Origin: Microcoleus sp.
GTDB lineage: Bacteria; Cyanobacteriota; Cyanobacteriia; Cyanobacteriales; Microcoleaceae
DNA length: 64,000 bases
NCBI GenBank assembly: GCA_042408215.1
Contig: JAYFMW010000006.1
Location: forward strand, 288,001 to 352,000
Direction: 5' to 3'
Below the pieces are notes generated by a model. It made no database searches, had not been told where the DNA came from, and saw only the letters and a list, made by a program, of their open reading frames with translations. Positions within the stretch are counted from its first letter, which is position 1, and every line of letters begins with the position of its first letter. Below, piece by piece: positions 10,483-19,508 of this stretch. Position numbers and translations under genes: made by a program.

Positions 10483-12006
10483 TCAAATGACGTAAAATTC
10501 GCCGTATTTGTTGCGAATGTAGCGGACAAACGGATCGATACTTAAAGGAGAATCGGTAACTCGATCGAGCAATTCGACAGCAGTGTATTTGCGGCCGTGC
10601 TGATAGATGTTTTGTTTTAGCCAATCGTGGAGTAGGGTAAAATTGCCCTGTTCTATTGCTACGGGAATTTCGGGATTAATTTTAACTGCGGTTTCGTAGA
10701 ACTGGGCGCTCATTAAGTTGCCGAGGGTGTAGCCTTGGAACATTCCGCCGATCGTCCCGACGTACCAGTGAACATCCTGCATTGCGCCCTCGCTATCGTT
10801 AGCGGGGACGATGCCGAGGTCGGTTTGGTAGCGTTCGTTCCAAGCTTCGGGGAGGTCTCGCACTGCTAGTTTTCCCTCTACCATTGCCAATTCTAGGTCA
10901 AAGCGGATGGCGACGTGGAGGTTGTAGGTTACTTCGTCGGCGTCGGTGCGGACGAGCGATCGCCCGACTTTGTTAATTGCTTTGTAAAATGCCTGAGTGG
11001 GTACCAGTCCCAACTGCCGCAAAAACACGCCTTGCAGTTGCGGGTAAAAACATTCCCAAAAGCCACGACTGCGACCGACTAAATTTTCCCAAAGCCGGGA
11101 CTGGCTTTCGTGAACACCGGAGGAAATGCCACCTGCGAGGAGTGTGCCTTCAAATTCGGGGGAATTTCCGAGTTCGTAGAGGGCGTGTCCTGCTTCGTGG
11201 ATGCTGCTGAAAAGTGCTTGATCGAGGTGGTCTTTGTAGACGCGGGTGGTGATCCGCACGTCGTCTATGGAGAAGTTGGTCATAAACGGGTGCAAGGTGA
11301 TGTCTTGTCGTCCCCGTTGGAAGTCGTAGCCCATACGTTCTACGACTGTGCGAGTGAATTCTAGTTGCTGGGCTTCTGAGAAGTCTTGGTGTAAGCAGGA
11401 GTCATCGACCGGGGGTTGGGAGGCGATGGCTTCGACGATGGGCACTAATTCTTGACGCAGTTGGGCGAACAGCGGGCGCAAAATGGATACTTTCATGCCG
11501 TAGTCGCTACGATCGATCAGGGGATCGGCGATGTGTTCGTATCCGGGGAAAAAGTCTGCGTATTGCCTGCTTAATTCTAGGGTTTTTTCGAGTTCTGGCA
11601 AGACGGCGGCAAAGTTATTGGCTGCTTTAGCACTAGCCCAGGCTTCGTAGCAGTCTGCTTGGTGGCGGCAGAGTTTCGCCATGAAGGCGGAGGGGACTCT
11701 GGCGGCGCGATCGTAATCTCTGCGGGCGATCCGGAGCAGGCTGGCGGTGTTGGAGTCGTAGGGGAGGCTTTGTTCGTAGCCACGTAAGTCTTCTAGGAGT
11801 TCCCCTATTTTCGGGTCGGTAAATTTTTCGTGGGATATTTGTTTGAGGGTGGCAAGTTGGCGGCCTCGGGCGATCGCACCTTTGGCGGGCATATAGGTTG
11901 CTTGATCCCAGTGCAGCAAGGACGAGACTGATTCGATGTCAGTAATTTCGCTGAGACGGGCTGCTAGTTGAGCAAATTTTACTTGAGTTTTGTCTAGGGT
12001 TTGCAT
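10483..12006 (-). CDS. Carboxypeptidase, M32 family
   Basis: HPF, DVRITTR, HEAGH, HESQSRLWEN, DEVTYNLH and QDVHW motifs. Confidence 0.95.
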   Translation of the reverse strand: MQTLDKTQVKFAQLAARLSEITDIESVSSLLHWDQATYMPAKGAIARGRQLATLKQISHEKFTDPKIGELLEDLRGYEQSLPYDSNTASLLRIARRDYDRAARVPSAFMAKLCRHQADCYEAWASAKAANNFAAVLPELEKTLELSRQYADFFPGYEHIADPLIDRSDYGMKVSILRPLFAQLRQELVPIVEAIASQPPVDDSCLHQDFSEAQQLEFTRTVVERMGYDFQRGRQDITLHPFMTNFSIDDVRITTRVYKDHLDQALFSSIHEAGHALYELGNSPEFEGTLLAGGISSGVHESQSRLWENLVGRSRGFWECFYPQLQGVFLRQLGLVPTQAFYKAINKVGRSLVRTDADEVTYNLHVAIRFDLELAMVEGKLAVRDLPEAWNERYQTDLGIVPANDSEGAMQDVHWYVGTIGGMFQGYTLGNLMSAQFYETAVKINPEIPVAIEQGNFTLLHDWLKQNIYQHGRKYTAVELLDRVTDSPLSIDPFVRYIRNKYGEFYVI

Positions 12007-12778
12007 GATTGGGGTTAGCGGTACTGTTTTGCCGACAAAGGTTGCAGTGCGGCATTCATATTAATCAATCATTGCCTACCCTGAGTTAAAGCTAAAAACC
12101 GCACGTCTTCTCGTATTGTATGCAATTTTGAGTCATTTTTGCAGAGTTTACGATATTTTTGGGGATTGAGTTCGATCGCCTTGGACAGATTTTCGATCGC
12201 TTGGCGGGTGCTGGTTGCTAGGGCTTCCTGGCTGTTTTTTCGATCGCCTGCTTGTTTTTCTAGGGCGTACACGCAGGCTTTTTGATAGTAGAGGTTTGGA
12301 GCGTCGGGTTGGAGTGCGATGATTTGATCGTAGGAAGCGATCGCTTCGGCAAATCGTCCTATTTTTTTGAGGGCTACTGCGCGGTTGTACCAGGCTTCGA
12401 TATTGTCTGGCTGCAATTCTACGGTTTTGTCCCAAGAGGCAATTGCTGCTTCAAAGTGTTTTAACTTAGCGAGGGCTAGGCCGCGATTGTACCAGGTTTC
12501 GCTGTCGTTTGGTTCGATCGCGAGGGCTTTGTCCCAAGAGTCTATTGCTGCTTCAAATTGTCCTATTTGTGCGATCGCTGTGCCACGTTTGTTCCAGACT
12601 TCGGGGGGGGAATTTGGGCGCAGTTGGAGGGTTTTGTCGTAGGAGGCGATGGCTTCTGAGTAGAGTTTTTCATCTGCTAGGGCTACGCCGCGGTTGTACC
12701 AGGCTTGGTGCAAATCTGGTTTCTGTTCGAGTGCTTTGTCTTGACACTCCCCGGCGTAAACGCACGGGGATTCTTGGA

Positions 12779-13056
12779 TCAGTCAGTCAACTTGCTCGTT
12801 GATGTCACCACCAATGAGTAGAGGTCGGTCTGTCCCCAAGCGTTAATTTCGGCGTGCCCCGCCGTATTTAAGTTAATTCCTGCTTGTCTCAATCCTTTTG
12901 CCAAAATGTTCAAAGCTGCATTGAGATCGCGGTCTAGTACCGTACCGCACAGGCAAATATGAGTCCTGACTGAGAGCGATTTCTGGACACGATTCCCACA
13001 GTTTGCACAATCCTGGGAAGTGTATTGAGGGGCAACAGCAACCACTGTTTTACCGT
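12779..13056 (-). pseudogene. tnpB: C-terminal fragment of TnpB of element A (zinc ribbon and RuvC-III)
   Basis: YGKTVVAVAPQYTSQDCANCG...HICLCG...DRDLNAALNI. Confidence 0.9.
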
Positions 13057-14467
13057 ATAGCTGGTAAAAGTATAGTCGTTTATTACATGACATGGGAGGC
13101 ATTGAGTCCCTCCCCTTTCGCTTTCACTTCGAGCGGATTAACCCGCCTCGGCTGAACTACGCCCACGACCTATCCCATTGCTAAAAGCATTTGGGATTGC
13201 TTTTCTCAAAATATTATAAGACCCATTAACATCGGCGTTAATCAATCGACCCTCCGACGTTCTGTACAATCCTCTTTTAATTCGCTTCCCACTAAATGTG
13301 ACATCGAAGGCTCCAATATTCCCGTAGACAGGAATTGGATCTAAATTCAGGAAGTTTGATTGGGAAGTATAAGATTCTTCTTGCTCTATTACCTTTATTC
13401 CGAGCAATTTCGCTTTGTATTTCAACATCTCAATTAGTCGAGTATGAGGAATGCTGACAAAGTTTTGATTGGTTTTATTGCCTAAATTAATCTCATTTTG
13501 ACCTTGTAAGTTTTTGCCAATTACTAGCGTCCCAATCCCTTGTGATTCGAGCAGATTGATAATCTGCCGACTGCTGTGGTGCAAGTAGTTATCAACTTTT
13601 TGATTGCGACAACGAGTCAGGCGTTGAATCCGTGATGAGGAGAAGCGATTTCCTTTTAATTGAGATTGCAGTTGTGCCTTACGCTTGTTGTAGAATTGAT
13701 TAATGGATTTCAGTGGTCGCCCGTTAATCAGTAAAGGGACAAATCCCGGCTGATTTAAAGTTAACGCCACTAAATTATTCAGCCCTAAATCAATACTAGC
13801 TACTAATTCTTTTGGGTTTTCATCAAGGGTGGACTCCGGCTCAGTATAGGCATCGTAAATTACCTCAACTACATAGGAATCACATTTTGGCACTAATCTA
13901 ATTTGACAAATTCGCTCTGGCTTTACCTGGGTTTTAATTAAAATATTAGTACCGGAAAGCTTGATAATTCCTTTCTTTAGTTCTTTGCTACTAATCGCCT
14001 GGATTGTATAGACGAGAATATTCCGACCCTTGACTTTATCTTTGTACTTCGGTAATTTCGGGCGATCAGTAAATTTAGTGGGTTCAATTTTGTAAGCTTT
14101 GATTGCTTCAAAAAAAGACTTCCAATTCTTGTCTAATATCATTAATATTTGTTGACTTACCTTGGCTGGTAATTCCTTGTATGCTTGATGATATTTCATC
14201 AAACGATTCATTTCGTTATAATTGATATAACCCCATCCGTAGACAAAACTTTGACGGATAACGTAGTTAGCCGCGTTGTACAAATTTTTGGATTTAAAGG
14301 CTAAGTCGTCAATTTCAACAAAACGATTCTCGGTGGATTTAATGATGTGTCTCTCTGCTAGTTGCATTTAGACTCTCCATTTTTTAACCTTCGCAATAAT
14401 TCTTGCTTTTTGACTATATGATACTACCATTGCTTACTACTGCTTACAAACTTAATGAAGTTTTATA
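13057..14467 (-). mobile_element. IS607-like element B (tnpB only, no recombinase), nested in element A
   Basis: Ends are defined by identity with the mini-copy at 52642-52897: GTAT|T(A/G)TAAAACTTCATTAAG ... CTTTTACCAGCTAT|. The IS607 assignment is inferred from the TnpB type and the non-hairpin ends. Confidence 0.8.
13138..14367 (-). CDS. tnpB: RNA-guided endonuclease TnpB (no zinc finger, rearranged RuvC-II)
   Basis: MQLAERHII, SKNLYNAANY, SIDLGLNN, LVIGKN, QEESYTS, GKRIKRGLY, INADVNGSYNI. Confidence 0.92.
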   Translation of the reverse strand: MQLAERHIIKSTENRFVEIDDLAFKSKNLYNAANYVIRQSFVYGWGYINYNEMNRLMKYHQAYKELPAKVSQQILMILDKNWKSFFEAIKAYKIEPTKFTDRPKLPKYKDKVKGRNILVYTIQAISSKELKKGIIKLSGTNILIKTQVKPERICQIRLVPKCDSYVVEVIYDAYTEPESTLDENPKELVASIDLGLNNLVALTLNQPGFVPLLINGRPLKSINQFYNKRKAQLQSQLKGNRFSSSRIQRLTRCRNQKVDNYLHHSSRQIINLLESQGIGTLVIGKNLQGQNEINLGNKTNQNFVSIPHTRLIEMLKYKAKLLGIKVIEQEESYTSQSNFLNLDPIPVYGNIGAFDVTFSGKRIKRGLYRTSEGRLINADVNGSYNILRKAIPNAFSNGIGRGRSSAEAG

Positions 14468-14572
14468 ATACCTGAGAGCTTTGTTTCGGACAAACTGATC
14501 TGTGCGGATCATTTCGTCGATGACCCGATATTGCTGTGGCTTGCCTTTTAACTTGAACTCTAGTACAATCAT
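14468..14572 (-). pseudogene. tnpB: N-terminal 35 codons of TnpB of element A
   Basis: MIVLEFKLKGKPQQYRVIDEMIRTDQFVRNKALRY, typical of a cyanobacterial IS605 TnpB start. Confidence 0.8.
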
Positions 14573-14961
14573 GGAATTATTCTATCACACTTACCAGTGA
14601 TTATGGGTATAAATCGACTGATTTAATAATCTTTACACTCGAATTAAATCCGTCCTAAAAGGACGGGGCTTTAGACCCGGTTTTTTAGTAAATTTTTAGG
14701 TGTTTGGTGTGTCTGTATAGATTCATACTAATTTTTGATTGTTACTACGTCGAATAGAAGAAAGGGCGATCGGACTGAGGTATGACAAACCTCACCCAAG
14801 AACACTCGGCGGTTGAAACCGCGTCTTGTCAAACGAAGTCCGCCGACCCGGACTAAGAAATAATCAGAGTATTTTTGATAATACCGTATGGGCGGGTTTT
14901 ACCAACAATAATTGCCTCAAACTGACAATCTCATAAACCCGCCCCGCCCAACAGCAAATCC

Positions 14962-16311
14962 CTATCCTTGAATCAAGGCTTGAAACCGAATATCCGATCG
15001 AATGCTGTCAAAATCCGAGTCAGTTTTTGCCAGTTCTCGGCATTTGTCTGGATTCAGATTGATGGCTTGCTGCAAATTCTGAATTGCTTGGTCAATCTGA
15101 CTTTTTAACGCATGACAGCCAGCTTTATTATAAAATGCTGCGTGAAAATCTGGTTTGAATTCCAAGGCTTTGTTGTAGGAGGCGATCGCTGCTTCAAACA
15201 AGCCTAATTTATACAGTGCACAGCCGCGATAGTACCAGGCTTTGTGTAAACCTGGTTTGAATTCTAAGGCTTTTTCGTAGGAGACGAGCGCCGCTTCAAA
15301 CCTTCCTAAATTACGCAGTGCAATGCCCCGATTGTACCATGCTTTGTGTAAATCTGGTTTGATTTCTAAGGCTTTATCGTAGGAGACGATTGCCTCTTTT
15401 GACAAGCCTAAATTACGCAGTGCATAGCCCCGATTGCTCCAGGCTTCGTGATAATCTGGCTTGATTTCTAAGGCTTTGTCGTAGGAGGAGAGCGCCTCTT
15501 TTGACAAGCCTAAATTACGCAGTGCAATACCCCGATTGTTCCAGGCTTTGTGTAAATCTGGTTTGAATTCTAAGGCTTTGTCGAAGGAGGCGAGCGCTGC
15601 TTCAAACAAGCCTAAATTATACAGTGCATAGCCCCGACAGTACCAAGCTTTGTGATGATATGGTTTGAATTCTAAGGCTTTGTCGAAGGAGGCGAGCGCC
15701 TCTGTTAACAAGCCTAAATTATACAGTGCATAGCCCCGAATGTTCCAGGCTGCGTGATAATCTGGTTTGATTTCTAAGGCTTTGTCGAAGGAGTCGATCG
15801 CTGCTTCTACTCTTCCTAAATTATACAGTGCATGGCCCCGACAGTACCAGGCTGTGTGTTGATCTGGTTTGATTTCTAAGGCTTTGTCGAAGGAGGCGAG
15901 CGCTGCTTCAAACAAGCCTAAATTACGCAGTGCAAGGCCCCGATTGTACCATACTGCGTGTTGATCTGGTTTGATTTCTAAGGCTTTGTCGTAGTCGGCG
16001 ATCGCTGCTTCTAATCTTCCTAGATTACCCAGTGCATTGCCCCGATAGTACCATGCCTTGTGAGCATCTGGTTTTAATTCTAAGGCTTTGTCGTAAGCTG
16101 CGATCGCTTTTGCGTATTCTTCAGCAAAGCTATACAATAAACCTTGTTCTAAAAACAAATCAGCTTTTTGTTCTGGTGTGGGCCCATACTCATCTATGAA
16201 AAGTTGAATTCTCACCAATTCCCGTTTCCGTTCTTGGGGAGTCAAAGCTAGATCATCTTCTCGGTTCCATCTTTCCCAACAAGCTTGCCTTTTTTCAGAT
16301 TCTTGAGTCAT
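14962..16311 (-). CDS. Tetratricopeptide repeat protein
   Basis: About ten 34-aa repeats (AW..RG.AL.NLG..E.A..S.DKALE.KPD), also near-identical at DNA level with a 102-bp period. Confidence 0.93.
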   Translation of the reverse strand: MTQESEKRQACWERWNREDDLALTPQERKRELVRIQLFIDEYGPTPEQKADLFLEQGLLYSFAEEYAKAIAAYDKALELKPDAHKAWYYRGNALGNLGRLEAAIADYDKALEIKPDQHAVWYNRGLALRNLGLFEAALASFDKALEIKPDQHTAWYCRGHALYNLGRVEAAIDSFDKALEIKPDYHAAWNIRGYALYNLGLLTEALASFDKALEFKPYHHKAWYCRGYALYNLGLFEAALASFDKALEFKPDLHKAWNNRGIALRNLGLSKEALSSYDKALEIKPDYHEAWSNRGYALRNLGLSKEAIVSYDKALEIKPDLHKAWYNRGIALRNLGRFEAALVSYEKALEFKPGLHKAWYYRGCALYKLGLFEAAIASYNKALEFKPDFHAAFYNKAGCHALKSQIDQAIQNLQQAINLNPDKCRELAKTDSDFDSIRSDIRFQALIQG

Positions 16312-16379
16312 AATTTGATATTTATTTGATAATTTTCAGGTGTTTTTTGCAGGTTCAATTTTTCTCAAGACTAACACAA

Positions 16380-17078
16380 CTAAGCTGACAATACTTGAGC
16401 CACCGTCAGCAATAATTCTGAAAAAGTGGGAGAAACAATTTGTTCATTATCTCTCAACTGAGTGCACTGATATTTCCCTTCAGTATTTAGCGAAAACACA
16501 AATACCGTCGGAATTGTCGGGTTTCCCAAATACTCTCTTTTACCAATTGCCAAATAATCAATAATCCAGTATTCAGCAAGAAGCGTTCGTATTCATCTAG
16601 CTGGTCAACATAATCATCTTCCCAATTAGTTGATACTACCTCGACAGCTAACTGAATCGGCGATTCCGGTGCGGTATAAGATTTGCGTTCAGCGCGCCAC
16701 AAAGTTCGATCGATTACACTGACATCAGGAACTCGCCCTTGTTCCGTACCTTCTTTTGTGCTAGTTTTGATGGTGATACCTCGTTTTACTACATATAGCC
16801 TTTCTCAGTAACAGTGCGGTGCACGCTTGATATAGGGCATAGGGCATAGGGCATAGGGCATAGGGCATACCTCACCAAGATTGAGAACTGCTATAGTTGA
16901 GTTGCAGCCGATCGCTCTCTCGATCAAACTGTCTGTCTGTATATTCAGCAACATCATCGTGATTTCTGGTAGTTGCCATTTTGACAATTTCTCCGTTCAC
17001 CAATTCATAAATACCATCTTCCGGGCAAATTGCAATAAATTCGTTAAATTTTAATTTTTGTTTGGTGATTGCAATCAT
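16380..17078 (-). pseudogene. Uma2 family endonuclease, disrupted
   Basis: YELVNGEIV...RVPDVSVI...LAVEVVSTNWEDDY...EYWIIDY; a 100-bp insertion at 16794-16895 and a further frameshift near 16580. Confidence 0.88.
16796..16893. mobile_element. Small MITE with TA duplication containing (ATAGGGC)5
   Basis: Imperfect TIRs TAGCCTTTCTCA / TGAGAACTGCTA flanked by TA; removing it restores Uma2 ...LNYVVKRG... Confidence 0.8.
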
Positions 17079-17127
17079 TTTTTTAATTCTCTCCAAACTA
17101 AACATTAACTGGTTCATAGCCCAAAGT

Positions 17128-17285
17128 CATTGGCGACAATTTAAGACTGAAACCCATAATAAATGTCGCTTGTAGTCGAGTCCCGATCCCCCTAAATCCC
17201 CCTTAAGAAGGGGGACTTTGAGAACGCTCTTGTCCCACACCCCCTACTCCCCTACTCCCCTTCTTAAGGGGGGCTAGGGGGGATA
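17128..17285 (+). repeat. Degenerate partial copy of the IS231-like MITE with palindromic core
   Basis: CATTGGCGACAATTTAAG...GATCCCCCTAAATCCCCCTTAAGAAGGGGGACTTT...GGGGGGCTAGGGGGGAT. Confidence 0.7.
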
Positions 17286-17336
17286 GAGAAATTAATAGGG
17301 TAACGAGCAGAAAATAGCGAGCAATTTACCCTAATT

Positions 17337-17855
17337 TTAAGCTTGATATTTTTTCAGAATAGCAACTTTTTCGGGGAAGATTTCGATCGCCATTTTGTCG
17401 TCATATCTAGTAGCGAGCGATCGCCTCACCACGCCCAAAAACAGCGGCTGCGACACTCCAGGCTCAGGATGTAGAATTGTCCGTACCCGGATAGTCATGT
17501 AGTCTCTACCGCGTCCAGAGCGCCCTGGAGAGTACAAATCCGCAGCAGCTTGCTGCATCGTCGCTTCTAACTCAGATTGGGCGATCGTCGGTGGAACGGT
17601 AATTACAGTTTGAGCGCCGCCAGTATCGTAAACTAAAGAATAGCGAACCGCACCGGGAATTTCTGTGCGAGCAAACAGTCCCAAACCGAGACCAAATATA
17701 CTTGCAGCAATCACGCCCATAAAGCTTGTAACCCCTACCAAACGGAAGCGAAAGCCCCATTTCAAGATAAAAGCCAGCACTGTCACAACAGCCAAGACTG
17801 CTGTCAGAATTCCCACCCATTGGGCATACATTAAAAGGTTAGAATTTACGTTCAT
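17337..17855 (-). CDS. ycf51: Ycf51 family protein (DUF2518)
   Basis: Two TM helices, [22 protein letters not shown] and LYSPGR motifs. Confidence 0.85.
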   Translation of the reverse strand: MNVNSNLLMYAQWVGILTAVLAVVTVLAFILKWGFRFRLVGVTSFMGVIAASIFGLGLGLFARTEIPGAVRYSLVYDTGGAQTVITVPPTIAQSELEATMQQAAADLYSPGRSGRGRDYMTIRVRTILHPEPGVSQPLFLGVVRRSLATRYDDKMAIEIFPEKVAILKKYQA

Positions 17856-17857
17856 TT

Positions 17858-18072
17858 TGGAATTGGTAATTGGTAATTGGGAATGGGGAATGGGGAATTG
17901 GGAATGGGGAATTGGGAATGGGGAATTGGGAATTCGGAATTCGGAATTCGGAATTGGGAATTGGGAATTCGGAATTCGGAATTGGGAATTGGGAATTAGT
18001 TATTAGTTGTTCGCACCAACAAATAACCAATCACAAATAACAAATAACCAATAACCAATAACAAATGACAAC
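17858..18072. repeat. Heptamer tandem repeats (GGGAATT/GGGAATG/CGGAATT, then AATAACC-like)
   Basis: STRR-type arrays visible directly. Confidence 0.9.
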
Positions 18073-18075
18073 TGA

Positions 18076-19137
18076 TTACTGATTTTTTCGGCTCACAAGC
18101 AGATAAGTCATCATATCGCCTTTGCCTTTCACCGGAATCACGCCACGATCCTCAAAAACGTACCGATCGCGCAGTCGCTCGTAGGTAGCAACCGTTACCT
18201 GAATGGCACCGGGGACACCTTGAGATTCCATCCGCGAAGCTGTATTAACAGTATCTCCCCACAGATCGTAAGTAAACTTTTTAGTACCGATTACTCCGGC
18301 TTCCACCGGGCCTGTATGAATACCGATGCGGATACTGAGTGGCCGATCGCCCTTAGTCCGCATATTCGCAATTGTCGCTTGAATGTCGAGCGCCATTTCG
18401 GCGATCGCCTCGGCGTGGTTGGTGGTTGGTGTTGGCAAACCACCAACCACCATATAAGCATCGCCGATCGTCTTAATTTTCTCAAGTCCGTAGCGATCGG
18501 CCAACTCGTCAAACTTCGAGAAAATCTGGTTGAGTAACTCCACCAACTGGGCCGGTGACAAATGAGCCGAAAGTTTAGTAAAACCAACCAAATCCGCAAA
18601 CATGACAGTTACGTCAGCGAAACTGTCGGCGATCGTACTTTCCCCCCGTTTCAGGCGTTCGGCGATCGCAAGCGGCAAAATATTCAACAGCAACCGTTCC
18701 GACTTTTCCTGTTCCTGGGCCAACTCCCGTAAATAAGCCTGCTCCTGATCTCGCAGTCGCTTCTTTTCCAGACAAGCACTAATCCGAGCCTTCAACAGCA
18801 CGGGATTAAACGGCTTAGACAGATAATCCTCCGCCCCCAACTCTATGCAGCGGACAATACTATCAATATCGTCCACCGCTGAAATCATAATCACTGGGAT
18901 GTAGCGCAACTTCTCGTCGGCCTTCAGATTTTCCAGCACCTGATAGCCGTTCATTTGGGGCATCATAATGTCGAGGAGAACCAAATCAAACGGCGCAGAG
19001 CGCATCATTTCCAGAGCTTGAAACCCGTCTTCAGCAACACTTACCCTGTGACCTTGACGCTGAAGTCGGCGAGCCAGCAAATCGCGGTTCACCTCATTGT
19101 CGTCAACAACCAGCACGCTGCCCTCGTCACCTTTCAT
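18076..19137 (-). CDS. Response regulator fused to a class III adenylate/guanylate cyclase
   Basis: REC (VVDD...LLDIMMP) followed by FADLVGFT, EKIKTIGDAYM and YDLWGDTVNTASRMES. Confidence 0.95.
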   Translation of the reverse strand: MKGDEGSVLVVDDNEVNRDLLARRLQRQGHRVSVAEDGFQALEMMRSAPFDLVLLDIMMPQMNGYQVLENLKADEKLRYIPVIMISAVDDIDSIVRCIELGAEDYLSKPFNPVLLKARISACLEKKRLRDQEQAYLRELAQEQEKSERLLLNILPLAIAERLKRGESTIADSFADVTVMFADLVGFTKLSAHLSPAQLVELLNQIFSKFDELADRYGLEKIKTIGDAYMVVGGLPTPTTNHAEAIAEMALDIQATIANMRTKGDRPLSIRIGIHTGPVEAGVIGTKKFTYDLWGDTVNTASRMESQGVPGAIQVTVATYERLRDRYVFEDRGVIPVKGKGDMMTYLLVSRKNQ

Positions 19138-19508
19138 CTCATTGCCTCTTTCAGCAGCGTTTCAATCTTACCCAAAAGTCGGGGAAACTCCACCGGTTTG
19201 GTGTCGTAGTCGTCGCAGCCGGCCGCCAAACACTTTTCGCGATCGCCAGCCATCGCGTGAGCCGTCAGCGCAATCACTGGAATTGTGCTAGTTTCAGGAG
19301 CAGCCTTAATTTGCTGCGTGGCCTGCCATCCGTCGAGCACCGGCAGACTCATATCCATGAGAATCAAATCCGGTACTTTCGCGATCGCCATCGACACCCC
19401 CTCAGCACCGTCAACAGCAATAAACACTTCGTGTCCCTTGCGAGTCAGACGCCTCGAAAGCATATCCCTGTTCATTTCATTATCTTCGACCAACAGGATT
19501 TTAGCCAT
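19134..19508 (-). CDS. Single-domain response regulator (DivK-like)
   Basis: ILLVEDN, LMDMSLP, ALTAHAM, TKP. Confidence 0.95.
   Translation of the reverse strand: MAKILLVEDNEMNRDMLSRRLTRKGHEVFIAVDGAEGVSMAIAKVPDLILMDMSLPVLDGWQATQQIKAAPETSTIPVIALTAHAMAGDREKCLAAGCDDYDTKPVEFPRLLGKIETLLKEAMR

Larger units (their letters stand above)
12741..14687 (-). mobile_element. IS200/IS605-family element A (tnpB only, disrupted)
   Basis: Inserted 3' of TTTAC with no duplication. Left-end hairpin AAGCCCCGTCCTTTTAGGACGG; right end GAATCCCCGTGCGTTTACGCCGGGGAGTGTCAA. Confidence 0.9.
12069..14726 (-). pseudogene. TPR protein gene interrupted after codon 13 by the IS605 element
   Basis: Joining 14726-14688 to 12740-12069 restores MNLYRHTKHLKIY-DKALEQKPDLHQAWYNRG... 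in frame. Confidence 0.85.

Noticed and set aside
13138..14367. Nuclease-dead TnpB (TldR-like)
   Set aside because: Both aspartates are present and an alternative glutamate (EESYTS) fits a rearranged active site.
12741..14687. IStron or self-splicing intron restoring the TPR gene
   Set aside because: The left region is too short and no group I or II core or reverse transcriptase is visible.
14962..16311. Diversity-generating retroelement target, or off-target of element A's guide
   Set aside because: No reverse transcriptase or template repeat is present. The match to A's flank is only about 8 nt (GACAAAGC) and lacks TTTAC.
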